A stretch of 64,000 bases of DNA. It comes from Massalongia carnosa. Its lineage: Eukaryota. The notes under the pieces were generated by a model. It had not been told where the DNA came from and searched no databases. It saw only the letters and a program-made list of their open reading frames with translations. A program made the position numbers and the translations under genes. Positions 1 to 12,996 of this stretch are shown here, one piece after another. Position 1 is the first letter of the stretch. Every line of letters starts with the position of its first letter. The DNA is taken from positions 1,116,001-1,180,000 of the forward strand of contig OZ287069.1 of NCBI GenBank assembly GCA_965645245.1. The letters run 5' to 3'.

Positions 1-119
1 AGATCTTTATCGAGCTTGGCGAAGCGAGGCCGGTTGGAGTAGGGCTCTTTGTGAACCCACACGGCGTCAGTCTCACCAGAGGTGTTCATGCAATGCTGTG
101 GGCTAGACACGGATGCCAT
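1..119 (-). CDS. 5' end of a probable FAD-dependent oxidoreductase (FAD/Rieske, YhfW-like), running off the window edge
   Basis: ATG at 119 reads MASVSSPQHCMNTSGETDAVWVHKEPYSNRPRFAKLDKD, which resembles the N-terminus preceding the GxGxxG motif in fungal FAD/Rieske proteins. The motif itself lies outside the window. Confidence 0.6.
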   Translation of the reverse strand, partial: MASVSSPQHCMNTSGETDAVWVHKEPYSNRPRFAKLDKD

Positions 120-910
120 TGTGACGCGCTGTACGTAGCATAGATGACTCCTTGAGTGGTATAAAGTGCTTCGAGTGAGAACGGACAGCTTGCGTAAAGG
201 AGATGTGAAAGTTCGAAACAATGGGATAGTCATTGCTTCGTTCCGGCAGGTAAAGATATTCTGGAGGTCATCTCACATGATGCTAAATCAAGCACCTGGG
301 ATGATGATGTGGTGTCACTTACATGGTGATGTCATGAACTTTCTAACCACGACCAAACAGCTCTCCCGACTCGTGTAGGTATTTAATAGCCATAAGTTTA
401 CCCAATCCTCTGGCCGCAGCTGACTGCCAAGAACTCTTCATGGCTTCAGTGGCTCCAAACAGCTGGCTCGCATAATCATGACGTGAGAAGAGTTAGGAGA
501 CTTGTTGCGAGGTGAACAAGATGCTCCCGCATGTCAGAACGTATGAATAAGGTTCCCAGAATGCCCATGTTCATTGGCACGGGAGGTGCCGAAGTGCTCA
601 AATGCCACGCGGAGCAGACCTCCGTGTCCAATCAAAAGTATATGTAATATGTACATGTACATAATGTATTAGATCGGTCAAAGTCGTGCTATGTACACTA
701 TGTACACGGTATATGTGCTCGGTAATTCCACGTCAACGCTGAGGTCATTACGCTGTATTATTCACTTCCCCCGCATATCCTGCCTTCATCATGGAGTTCC
801 TCAACCCACCTGTATCCTCGCCACCATCCACCTCCTAGCGATACTTCGTGCTTGGTGACAATCCATATCAAGAGGAAAGCGTTTGACTTTCAGAGTACTA
901 CCGATTGTAA

Positions 911-3054
911 ATGGAAATCATGCCGTCCAACGAGGGAGCCACTTCACTTATAAGCCATCCGCTTCAAGCGACCGCAGAGGTGATTGGCAGTATGGGATTA
1001 GATCCTCGAGTCACCCAAAAGGCTTCCTTCTTCATGGGGGCAAACGAGGGTCCGGCAGAGGTCGCCGCAAAGATCTCAGGCCTCAAGGCTGGAGGCAAGC
1101 GTGAAGATGACGGGCCATACTTTACTAACAACGAGGGCATTCCGTGGCCAGATCCGTTAGTAGCTCGGAAACAGGTGTCATGCAGCGGACTAACTAGGGT
1201 TGTCAATGTGCAGAGCTCATAGCAAGACTGTTGGGGGCATACCGGTGGTCAGCGATACGTTTTTGATGCAGAAGCAACAGACCTTTAATCGATCCAAAAT
1301 TCTCGAACGTATGTGCATCCTGTGGTGGAGAGGTGTTGTCAATTAATATAGACTAGGAATGGTACATCCATGTGGAAGCGGCGCATTCGGCCATTTTGAA
1401 GTTACTCATGATGTTACCAGTCTGACCAAGGTTTAAGTCCCTCGTTTGGTGTGCAACACGTATGTTTATTCAGCTATAGGCAAGTTTCCTAAGCACTGTT
1501 GGGCAAAAAACGCCGGTTTTCGTCCGGTTTTCCACCGTCACCTTGGGGAGAGAGTATCCTGACTCTGCTCGGAACCCACGTGGTTTTGCCATCAAATTCT
1601 ACACCGGTGAAGGCAACTACGACATTGTGGGCTTGAATTGGCCGGTCTTTTTCTGCCGTGATCCCATCCAAGGGCCCGATGTGATTCGCTCGCAGAGCAG
1701 GAGTCCTAAGAATTTTCTCCTGGATTATGATGCGCTATTTGATCTGCTGGCCTGTACGCCAGAAGCGTAAGAAACCTGGAACTTTTCAGAGTACAGTCGC
1801 TAAGCTTACGTTAGTAATCATGCTGGTTTGATGTTCTTTAGCGATCATGGCACACCAAAGGGCTGGAGGTTTGAGCACGGTTATGGGTATGGCAAGAGCC
1901 AAGTGTCCCTGAGAATATTGCTAAGAGCGTGTGATACAGTTGCCACACCTTTAAATGGGTCAACAAAGATGGCAAGTTCGTCTATATCAAGTATCATTTC
2001 CTCGCAGAGTCTGGTCAAAAGCAATTCACTGGGCCCGAAGCAATGAAAGTTTCTGGAGAAGACCCTGATTACTCCAAAAGAGATCTTTGGGATGCGATTG
2101 AGAACGGAGAAACCATTGCGTGGCGGGCAAAGGTTCAAATACTGGAGCCAGAGGATGCATATGCCAAGAAGCTGGGCTTTGACCCTTTTGATGTCACCAA
2201 AGTTTGGCCCAAGAAAGGATTTCCGGTAAGTTTTCTGTGAGTTCGTGTTTGGATATGTTTTAAAGGTTATAGTTACACGACGTCGGTCGTCTAGTTCTAA
2301 ACAAGAATCCGGAAAACTTCCACCGTGATGTCGAGCAGGCTGCTTTCTCTCCGGGAAGTCTTGTGCCAGGGATCGAAGACAGTCCCGATCCACTCCTACA
2401 GTTTCGAATGTTCTTCTACCGCGATGCGCAATACCATCGCATTGGCGTGAATCTGCACCAAGTTCCGGGTATCAACCCTTTCCGCACGAAACTCGCTCAA
2501 AGTTTTCTAACCGCTAAAAAGTCAATTGCCCCTTCATGGCCGGCTCCTATGCCTCCCTCAACTTCGACGGTCAAATGCGCGTTGACGGCAACCATTCCGG
2601 CAACCCGCAATACGTACCTAACAGCTTCGCCCACAAGTTCCGCCCTGACGTGGCCGAAGCCCCATACGCCGTAGCCGACAATATCGTCTCGCGCAAATCG
2701 CATTACGCGCACGAAGGCCAGCTCTCCGAATACGATCAAGCCCGCGAGCTCTACCACCGCGTCATGGACGACAGGGCGCGGAAGCACACGCATCAAAACA
2801 CGGCGTACACGCTCGCCTTCGTCCGGCATCCCAAGATTCAGGTGAAGTATCTGGCGCAAGTGTATAACATCGCTCCCGAATACGCGAGGGCGGTGTATGA
2901 TTTGCTGCCGAAGCAGGAGTTCGCGTTCGAGGAGGTAGAGGAGGGGGCGAAGGGGGCGGAGAAAGCGTATAAAGAGCCCAAGTTCAGGCCCGGGGAGCAC
3001 GATCGGTTGGTTGGATTTGCGCCGGCGAATCCAATCTATAATCTGTATACCTAG
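911..3054 (+). CDS. Small-subunit monofunctional heme catalase, multi-exon
   Basis: Spliced motifs: distal His ERMVHPCGSGAFG; RFSTV...DSARNPRGFAIKFYTGEGNYDIVG; HGYGCHTFKW; FDPFDVTKVW; proximal Tyr DPLLQFRMFFYRDAQYHR; LHQVPVNCPF. GT-AG introns explain the ORF breaks. Confidence 0.95.
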
Positions 3055-4540
3055 CCTCCGTGTCTGGATCGCTGGGAATTCAGTCATGACTAGACGACAC
3101 CACATGAGAAGAAAACAGGAAAATTGTTGAGATTTCGCTCCGGCCTCAAACTCCCCCTTTCGATTAACAGTCCCAACTCTTCGGCGTGACTCGAGTTCCA
3201 GAAAAAATAACCCCTCCCTAAATCTCCCTTCTTCCTCCTTTTTCCCTCCCTTAACTCGACTCAATCCAATCCATATCTCCCCTCCCGGACCACCTAACCA
3301 CCACCTAGTCAGTCAGTCAGTCTACACTGAACGCCCAAGTCTCTGCGGTTTAGGGAGGTTGTTTACCTCGAAAGGAGAAACGTGCGTGGTTTGGGGGAAA
3401 AGAAGGAAAGGTGTGAAAAATGGAGCGTGATTTGATTCCCCCCCAATGGCAGGTCCTCGTACATAGTATTTTGATAAACAGACACATAGACGAGCAGCTT
3501 TTCCTTCGAAGTGATTATTGATTTCAGTAGTTACATTTTTACAAATCTAAAACAAAACGACTTCATTCACTTCAATTGACTGAATAACATCATCGGGGAC
3601 TTCTTCTTCTTCTTCTCTCTCTTTTATCATCTCTTCCTCCCTCTTTAGTCTTCGCTTCATCTCGCCCTCGTCTTCGTCCTCGTCCTCGACCCCGAATCAA
3701 AGATCCATCCAATGCTTTTTCCATACGTCCAAACCCGAATGACTTCTCGCTGAACGCAATTGTCAATCGTTCACCGAGTTCTTCCGGTTCGTAACCGTTC
3801 ATTTCTCATTGCGATTGTAGAATCGGAAAGATCGAGGAAGCCACAAGTCTTTCTGCGATATAAATCAGAGATGATGCAGGAATCGTGATGGTGGCGAGAC
3901 GATGCGGGTGAATCTCGGAAACATACTCGATCAGATTAGCTAGAGGGGGGGTGTTAAGTGTAAAAAAGGGGGGTGTCAAGATAGCGCATAGGGTGTCCCG
4001 GAATTAGATGCCAAAGTAAAAGGAAATCTGGCGATTTCCTAGTAAGCTACGAATCATACTTAGTTAGGTACATTTATATCGCCCTCATCGCGGAAAAAAA
4101 AGGGGGGTATGTAGGTATTAGTTTTCAGCTCAGCCTTCGTGAACTTAACCCAAGAGGACGGAAGGATTGGTGCGACGATCACAAAACCCAACATTCCACG
4201 AAGGTACACATACGGACATAGATTGCCATGGTGCGTGCACGTAGCTATCTATAATATCTGAAATTCGGGTGTCGGGTCACCTGAGAAATTGGGTATGGTG
4301 ATAGGAGGCCATCGGTACCGAGCATAGCGGCGGGATTTCGGCGACGTCCGCGCTCCATGGGAGATGTCATCATTGGTCTGCAGTGAACGTGATATATTTT
4401 TTAGGCCGTGCGCTAGGCGTGGCGAGGCAATATGTTGGATGTGGGAGGAAAAGGGAGGGTGGGACAAGGTCATCAGCTTTGCGAAAAGTGTCCACTCAGG
4501 TGATGATCGTTGGGAACATGATTTCATCTTCGAGGCATGC

Positions 4541-4788
4541 TGGATGCACTGGATGCACTGGATGCACTGGATGCACTGGATGCACTGGATGCACTGGATG
4601 CACTGGATGCACTGGATGCACTGGATGCACTGGATGCACTGCACTGGATGCACTGGATGCACTGGATGCACTGGATGCACTGGATGCACTGGATGCACTG
4701 GATGCACTGGATGCACTGGATGCACTGGATGCACTGGATGCACTGGATGCACTGGATGCACTGGATGCACTGGATGCACTGGATGCAC
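4541..4788. repeat. 9-bp minisatellite (TGGATGCAC): 11 copies, a 5-bp partial unit, then 16 copies
   Basis: Perfect tandem units read directly; one truncated unit (TGCAC) at 4640-4644 shifts the phase. Confidence 0.98.
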
Positions 4789-6798
4789 AGTCATCTGAAC
4801 TCGTAACCATGAAACGCTGAAACAGTGTTGGTCCTTGTTTTGTGCCTGGCAGAGCTTAGCGTTAGCGTGTCTGGATAGATTGGGGATCTGCATGCGAGGC
4901 CGTGCCTGGCACTAGTATTAAACAGGCGTTGCATGGGCGAACCTTATTTCCATCTCCAGAGTACTAGGATTGGTTCCCACCCCTTGACTCAGAACCCTAG
5001 ATGCAAGGGGTTTATTAATAGATACCACGTGCTCCCAAATATTATCATCAGCATCTTCCTCACAGGACATGACATGGGGTTGAGATTGAGTCCTGATTCC
5101 CTATTTATGGGTAAATGAATTATGTGGCTATTCGTAGCATGGCTGGTTGGTTCTTCTTCTAACGAATAGAAATGGGAATCTTCTCGTGATCCAGAATTTT
5201 GAATCACAGGATGCGTGAAAGTAACTGCCCGCCGGGGGGGAATCTCACCCAAACTTGTAGCAGGTGCCATGCGATTTCACGCGTCGATACTGAGTCTAAA
5301 TCCATCATGACTCGATCCTAGGGGAGGTGATACTCATCCTCTGCCGTTCCTTTCTGGACAGATCTGGCCCCTTTCTAACTTGGAAAGATAGGCGCTGTGC
5401 CGCTAGTCTTCGTTATTCTTGTATCTGGAGGCTTCTCAGTGTTCCCAAGGCTGATAAGACTGAAAGAAGCCTTTCCTTGACAGTTTAGAAGTGTATGTTG
5501 CGTGCTATGCATAGTGGCTTCTTCTCGATAACAAATTGGGGGAGAGGCAACTTGTCGTAAGGTCTAGACGCGTAAGCCATAGTAATTAACCCGAAGCTGA
5601 AAATTTTAGGATTGTCCTGATGGTTGCCTTTGAATACATCCCGCAGTGTTGTGCTTTGATGCGTTTAACAAATCGCAAAGAAATGGATCAGATATGTGCG
5701 TAATCTGGAGCATTGATGCACTGAGCTTTAGGCTCACCGCGCGTTCGTTTCTGGAGCTTCATGAAAGCTTTATTTTTTTTAAAAAAAATGGAAAACTTAT
5801 TGACCTTAAGGGGATAGGGAATAAGAATTCATCCTTCAGATGTAGAACTCAGATCTCGGAGGGTAGCGAGATAGATTAGACTGGGCAATCTAGGACCAAT
5901 CAAGGTCTTGAGCCTTTCTGCACAAACAGCACCAAATGTCTTCGTTTGGAAAGTGTTGTCGTAACGCTTACATATGAACTGTATCGCAGAGACTCCGATT
6001 AATACCTAGTAAAATCAATGACCGACATGATGTCGCCGGACGTTTCTCATGGATCAGAACTCTTAGCTTTCAAAGCGGAAGCCTGGGATGCATATATTGT
6101 AAACATGATCTAGTCTTCAATATATATCTCGTAATGTAGGTCGATTTTAACCGTAATATAGGATTTTCTCGTAGATTCCAAATCATGTTCCTTTTGCCAG
6201 ATGACTTGATTTTGAATCCGTAATATCGGTTACTTTATCTTCTAACTAGAGACTTGGATGGCCTGGTCCATTTGAATCTCTAACAATGGTTGCGTGGAAT
6301 ACTCAAGGTATATGAGACTCTGGGTTGGCCCAAGACTATGAGAAACATGATAATTTGGTAGCTTGGTACACAGAGGGTTGATATAAGTCAATAAAAGAGG
6401 GGTTTTTTTACAACATATGAAAAAATTCCTCTAATGAGTCGGGAAGTAGAAAAACACGTTTGGTATGGAGCAGTGAGTTGTATAGATAAACTACGAACAC
6501 GGAATATGCACCCCAGGCATGCTCTTTTGAAACGCCATCTAGCTACTCCTCTGAGCTGTCAACAGAAGCAAAATAACTAATCCTAAATCGAGCGACGCAA
6601 GCATAGTCAGGAATTAAACGGACAAGCAAAATCGCGAGTCCAGCCACGGGCGAAAGAAAGTCGAAGTATTCTAGACAAAGAGCGAGAGATGAAAGAGCAA
6701 ACGTTTCTTTCGAATGACCCATCAATCCGGCCGCTTTCGCTTAACAATAATATAGTAATCAATCATTGCTGGTAAAACGGCCAGGGAAATTCCGGCTA

Positions 6799-7461
6799 TC
6801 AAGAGACTTTGCGATGAATCCTTCTGACATGGTCCTTCATATTGTCCACACGGCTGAATATCCTTTCACATCCTTCCCACTCGCACGGAACACCCGGTTT
6901 GTGCTTGGCCTCATGTCGATCTCGATCCTTCTTGCTCGAAAAGCCATTTTCAGTGGATTGAGGACAACCTTCGTAGCGGCAGAACAGCGACTTGGCGTGG
7001 CGACGAAAATGCTTGCGTAAGTCACACCCCCTGGTGAAGACTGCTTGTGATGTGCAGCCTGAATAGGCACAGCGCCAGCTTGAGCCGTCTGCAAGCGGGT
7101 ATCCGAAATTTTGCAAATCAGCTGGATTGTTTGGCGAGGATGAACGAGAGGTATCGGAATAGCCAGCCTGCGATGATCCATCGAAATCGTCTGGATGGAG
7201 TGTACGCCAAGGCTGTTGTGCCCCAGAATGGGTAGTATAAGGAGAAGATGGTAATACGTAGGGGTTCGTAACTGGGCGTAAACTAGAAGCCTGCGGATTC
7301 CAACCCGAAGTCCATTGCTGCTGATAGCTCAAAGGTACTTGTGCATGAGCAGCTACCACGAGTCTTTCGCCCGTATCTCGATGGAAGAGGCGTCGAGCTT
7401 CTTCTTCTTCTCCCATGAGCGCCCTCTCCGCTTCTGACGAAAGAAAAGCGTCCGAGTCCAT
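6799..7461 (-). CDS. C2H2 zinc-finger protein (three fingers)
   Basis: CAYSGC...DLRKHFRRH, CRYEGC...DRDRHEAKH, CEWEGCERIFSRVDNMKDHVRRIH. Start taken at the first ATG (7461); an upstream exon is possible. Confidence 0.88.
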   Translation of the reverse strand: MDSDAFLSSEAERALMGEEEEARRLFHRDTGERLVVAAHAQVPLSYQQQWTSGWNPQASSLRPVTNPYVLPSSPYTTHSGAQQPWRTLHPDDFDGSSQAGYSDTSRSSSPNNPADLQNFGYPLADGSSWRCAYSGCTSQAVFTRGCDLRKHFRRHAKSLFCRYEGCPQSTENGFSSKKDRDRHEAKHKPGVPCEWEGCERIFSRVDNMKDHVRRIHRKVS

Positions 7462-9790
7462 CTGAGGTGGTTTTAAGCAAAAACCGGTCGAAGAATTCAA
7501 CGGACCACGATGACGTAAAGAGATATCCCGCAGTGTGGTGAAAGGTGCAGATAAGAGGGTAAGAGATACTGTTGCGAGCGTTCTGTAAGGAAAAATGTGA
7601 GGATGGATGATTGTGCTCCATATGTCTTTATAGATATCAGATGTAGACTGCTATTTTCATAACTTCAATATGAGGATAAGAATGCTATGGGTTTTGGCTT
7701 GGTAAACTCCTAAGATTTTCCCTTAACATAGTTAGGGTCGCCCATGTCACCCCTGTCATTCTCCAATAACTGCGGCGATTGGATCTGCTTGCCTTCGCCT
7801 CAGGAAATTGTAAGGCTGAAGTAGTTTGTTTCCAGCCTGAAGTCCGTCTGGCAAAGCAGCTCCTACTGGTGTTGAAGCTATTACTGAACTATTGCGCTTT
7901 GAATAGATGTCAGAAACTCCTTCTGGCGCCTTGTGTAGGAGAGGGGTTATAGAATTTGATCCTATGTGATCAAAGTGATATTGCTGAAGGCTTGTAGAAA
8001 CAATGTTTCAAGTTGATTCTGCTCCTGAGAAATATCCGTCTAGGGTACGTAGCTCCTCCGAACCATGTACGCTTTTCGCAAAGGATGCCGCAAGTTGAAG
8101 ATTGAGAGCCTTACAGGGATACGCTCAACGGTAGTTCCCCACTGTACATGGTGCTCCTTTGCTCTCTGGGATTCTGGGGAGTTCGGGGCTTTGTAAGACG
8201 GCCATATCCGCCATAAAAAAATCTACCATTGATCTGTATCCCCACCCACCCTGCATGGTTTGCTTCATGTCCTCCGGGGTCATAGCACCACCATGCTGAG
8301 ACTTCCAGTGAGGCAGTGTAGCATTGAAGATGAAAGAGCGGCTGAGGCTAGGGTTCTTTTCATCGCTGTTGATATGCAAGAAGGAAGTCTACCGGCATTG
8401 CGTTTAATCACCCTACCATACACGAGGTGATGAATACACCAACTTAACCAAAGATGAAACATGGTGTCTTTGTAAGTTTTCTGCTCAGGCCAAAAAGAAT
8501 GTATACCCTCAACTTGACGGCTTGATGGGGAATGCCCCGACAGCCCTAAAGAGCGCCAAAACCAATGACTTATGCTTGGGCGGAACGAATGAAATCCGCT
8601 GCCCACAAACTTCAAGGCTTCTTGAATGTTCGAGCAATGGTGTAATTGGTCCATAGGGTAACGGCTTTCTACCAGAAAGGTGCATTCCTCGCGGTTGATT
8701 ACTGTAGTATCGGGGTCAGAATATGCCTGAGGTTCACTCAGCTCGCAATGAATCCTACAATCGGGTTGCGCACGTGCTCTTCTAGGCCATAAATCGTCCT
8801 AGCTCTTGTCGTCGTAGTGGTGGTGTAAACTAGGCTCGGAAGCGCAGCACGATGTCAATCATTTCAGGCGTCCAACGGTTCAAGGTTCATTTAACGTTTT
8901 AGCGGCGCTATTATTATCTCCGGCGTGAGTTCTCATTCGCTGATTTCCCTTAGGCTTTAAGAACTTGCTAAGCTCGACTAGGTTAGAGTAGGCATGTCGG
9001 CAAGCCCTAGGCCGTTAATCCCGCCAGGGTTACTCGGTAGTAGTAATCGTGCCACACCACCAGTAATCGTAGTAAGCGAAAACGATTGGTGATGTGGCAC
9101 GATTATTTGATCTAGGCCAAAACGATCGAGTCATACTTTCATCGAAAAAGACCTGAGACCATTGAAGCTGAAAGCTGGTATTGGGCCACAAATCTACTCC
9201 CTTTGCCGCCATCTTTAGGCAGTGTAGGCTGAGCATGCTCTCTCGTCAGGAAAGATCCACGCTAAGAATCCATCAAGAGGTAGGGGTTTCCTACCAACTA
9301 GTCTTCTCTTCTCGAGCAATGCCCAACATCTTTAGCCTGGCTGCAATCCACTAGCATCAATGTAGACTACCTAGATCGTAGATCTTGAGTGCAATGGTGG
9401 AGTATGAGTAGGTAGGTATAGGTATGCAAGGTACCGGTAACAAAGGGGCTAAAGATTCCGACGTTGTTGGTTCATCCCGTTGAGGACCCCACTCCTATTG
9501 CAACCCCGGAGAGGTCCTTATGTCATAAGACCCAGGCCAATCAACCTTCCCAATCCGACTGAATGGGGCCAGTCTTCAAACGTCCAATCAAAATAGTAGA
9601 TGGCGCTGATGATAGATTCATCAGCCCTGGCGCATTGACCACCAAGAAACAGCATAGCCATCCATAGCTGCTAGAACCTCTGAAGAACATGCCGCATTTT
9701 GATGGCCTGGTTTGACTGAGGGTTCGATAAAAGTGTCAAAGTAAGATGAATAGATTACCCAAAGGCCTCCATGAGCTCGGTGAAGCCGCT

Positions 9791-12593
9791 TCAACCGTCG
9801 CCTCTTCCCCATTCGCCGACCTCAACAGGTCCATCGCTAAGGATCTCAACATTCACTTCCTGTGGTCCCGTATGTCCCAAACGATGAACAACGATCCAAA
9901 CACATCTTGTATCACACATACTAGGTAGGATATCAACGTCCTTGGTTCGAACTCCACACTGGATCTCAAGATACTCGTCATCGCCACTCACTGCGAGGAC
10001 TTGCTTTGTAGGTCCTTGTCCATACTCGATAGCTACCTTGATAGGCGAGGCTGTACCTCTCACTGACGCTGATTCGTTTCGCCGCATTTGTACGACCACA
10101 GATGCTCGAGTAATACGATGGCATACTAAGGGCGCCAAGATGCGATCGGTTCCTGGCGCAAACGAAGCAGTTGGCGTTTTCAGAACCAGACGTCCAGCTT
10201 CTGCCGATAACAGTCCCTTGACTAAACATTTTGACATGGTACCAATGCGCAAGGTGAAAGCTCCCTGTTGGCCCGTCTCAAATGTAGAGCATATAATAGT
10301 GTACGTACCGGCTTGAACATTGCTCATCTCCGCGAAAGCGTATCCTTTCCGGTACTCGCCGCTATCACCTACTATTTCGCGAGTTGTGATCGAGGACACT
10401 ACCTTTCCCTTCGCCCATAGGAGCTTTACGTGAACCGGAAAACGTTCGGTAGATTCAAGCAATAGGGAGACGTCGGATGCTATTGGTAAAGTAATACTGA
10501 ACTGAGGATTTGTGCAATAGAGGGCGCTATCGGCATTTCCTCCGGATGATGAGGGCGTCCAAGCTCCCTTTCTTTGAGTATAATGCATATACTTATCTCG
10601 CGCCTCCTTTATCATTAGCGGATGAAGTGAAAACGCTGACAGCGTAAATTTGTAATCTAATGGTGGAAGCTCCTGCTCGGATACTACGACCGTGTACCAT
10701 GTGGCTGGTGGAAGCTCAAATTTGACCAAGGTATTGGGAGAGTCGACATATGTACCGCGAAGTTTTGCCCCGTCGCTTAAAGTTACTCTTTCTCCATCAG
10801 TGGCAAAAGCATACAAACTTATGAAACCTTGGTCATTTGCTGGAATCGCGGATAATTCATATGCTTCCTCTTCCGCCACAGGACTCATAGTCTTGAAGTG
10901 CCTGCTAAGCAGCAACCACAATGGGCCACCACTAGTGCTTTGAACACCAAATTGGGGGTTCAATGCGAATGACCCGGTAGAGCTTCTTGATACAGCAAGG
11001 TCCCACTTAAAGTGAATATCCTCCCGGAAAGAAAACATGCATGGGTTCCAGTTCAAGTACATCGACTCAAAACTCTGAAAAACGTCGTTGAGATCAATCC
11101 AGAATGTCCCAGGCGCAAGGCGCTCTGTCACAGACACCTCAAGGCTAATATGCCCAGGTCCGTGTGCTTTGAGATTGTCCTCGTCCTCATCCTCAATGAA
11201 ATGGCCGATTTGATTTAGACCCCCTTTCCATGCAGTCCCTTCGGACCATGGATTCTTCACCAGGAATTGTCGTCTACCCTCGGACTCCATCAAATCAATG
11301 ATTGCATAATCATGCTCGCCTATTAGCCCTATACTCTCTTCTTCGCGTTCATTCAGCCTTCCGGTACCAATAGTAATGAGTACATCTCCATATCTAAAAG
11401 CGGCGAAGATACGGTGCCACAGAGCATCTGGCAAGTAATCATCTCTAGGATAGAGTCTTAATTAACAATGTGTTACAAATTATCTCCTAAAGGGTTTAGG
11501 CTGAGGGCTTTACCTTTGCAAGAATATTTGCTCTGGGAGCCAGCCTGTTAGAACCCACAAGTCTGTTCCCGAGTTGCTACCTGGAAAATCGTAGCCTCCT
11601 CTTATTTTAAGATAGGCTTTTTCTACAAGGGCAGGCCACAGTAGCGCGGGATTGTTTCTATCGATAACATGTAGTGTCTGGCTTGTATGTGCATAAGGCA
11701 GGCGGTCATCAATGATCACTTTGCGAAAACAACCGTTGAAGTGGAGTCGAAAAATATATTTGCCATTGGGAGAAATGACTGGCTCCATCAATTTCGGATC
11801 GTTGGGATAAATGGTAGAAGCAATGATCTGATGGGCTGTTACTAATGCAGTAGACTAAATTCTGATGGCTGTATTGATCCTACATGAGAATGACCACGCT
11901 CTGCCCTAGCAGTAACTGCGCAAAGGCTAGCGATGACCGAACAATCAGAAGTAACATCTTGAACAAGATCAACTTGACCTTGTGCTGTCATCGTCGGACG
12001 ACTTCCAAGGCTTGATGGAGGGAAATTTGCACCAGGTCGCCGCCATCCATTGAAAATCTTCTGCTGCATATATGAGAGCCGAAGTTCTACATTGTCTCTA
12101 AGATAATTAGATTCGTACCCAAAGTTGTGGATACCACAATCTAATTTTGTACACGTACAAATACAAAGAGTTTCCAGGTAATAACTCGAACTCTTGGAGG
12201 CTTGGAGGTGAAGCCCAAGGTGGAAATACGGATCCGTGTAGCTTCGAATCCTTCCATAGTAATACTTGCTCGCTAATTGAGATATTACGTTTCGATAGAG
12301 GTTCTCTTGGCCTTTGGGCTATACTGGAACTTGAAGCCATTGTAGAGCATCCCGAATTTCCAGAAGCTTTAATTCTCTCAGCTTTTGCGAGCAGGTCTCG
12401 ACATTTGCGATTCAATTGGCTTTTGACTACACTGTCGGATGTTAGCTTTAGATCACCCATGCAGCGTTCGATAGCATCGATGGTCGCTGCTAAAGCTTCG
12501 TTTGTTGGTTTCGCAGAAGAGAAACACGACCCTGTTTCCTTGAATAACGTAAGTACGAATCAATAAGAGCAAGTACAGGAAAATTACCGCCAT
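9791..12593 (-). CDS. palB: Calpain-like protease PalB/Rim13 (pH signalling), multi-exon
   Basis: Catalytic motifs QDVTSDCSVIASL (Cys), GEHDYA (His) and KNPW (Asn); LWPALVEKAYLK; GGYDFPGSNSGTDL; calpain domain III repeats (NPQF); short first exon ATGGCG|GTAATT at 12593. Confidence 0.93.
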
Positions 12594-12996
12594 GAATAAC
12601 TTATGACTTAGAGTTTGAGATAGAGTTAGATATCCTGCGAAACAATTGTATAACTATGGTGTTTATTGGATTGGCTCTTGGTACCGAGCAACCTACCACG
12701 TGATTAACTCTATAGTTGCCTCGGCTCGTTCGATTTGGTGGCCCCAATGACGTGCCTTTCTTAAATTTCCAAATACTCTTCTCTTCGAAGAAAGCTACTC
12801 CAAAACATCAAATCTCACAGAACTGTTACTCAATATCGTAGCGTGACCATACTCCCCTCAAGTTCCAGCAAACCTACTTAGGTCTAATGGTCGATGAGTT
12901 TGAGTTCAGATAGTTTTTGCCCATTTTAAGCAGCAACTACAAGGAGTCAGCCTGCCTGTGGAACTTCTGACTCAACACCACAATCTAGCACCAGCA

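Noticed and set aside
2497..3264. 255-aa antisense ORF over catalase, and similar shadow ORFs over WD40, OGT and palB
   Set aside because: Antisense shadows of GC-rich coding sequence with no recognisable motifs.
4249..4893. Five overlapping ORFs with tripeptide repeats
   Set aside because: Artefact of the stop-free 9-bp minisatellite; the flanking sequence does not look coding. Not a CRISPR array, since there are no spacers.
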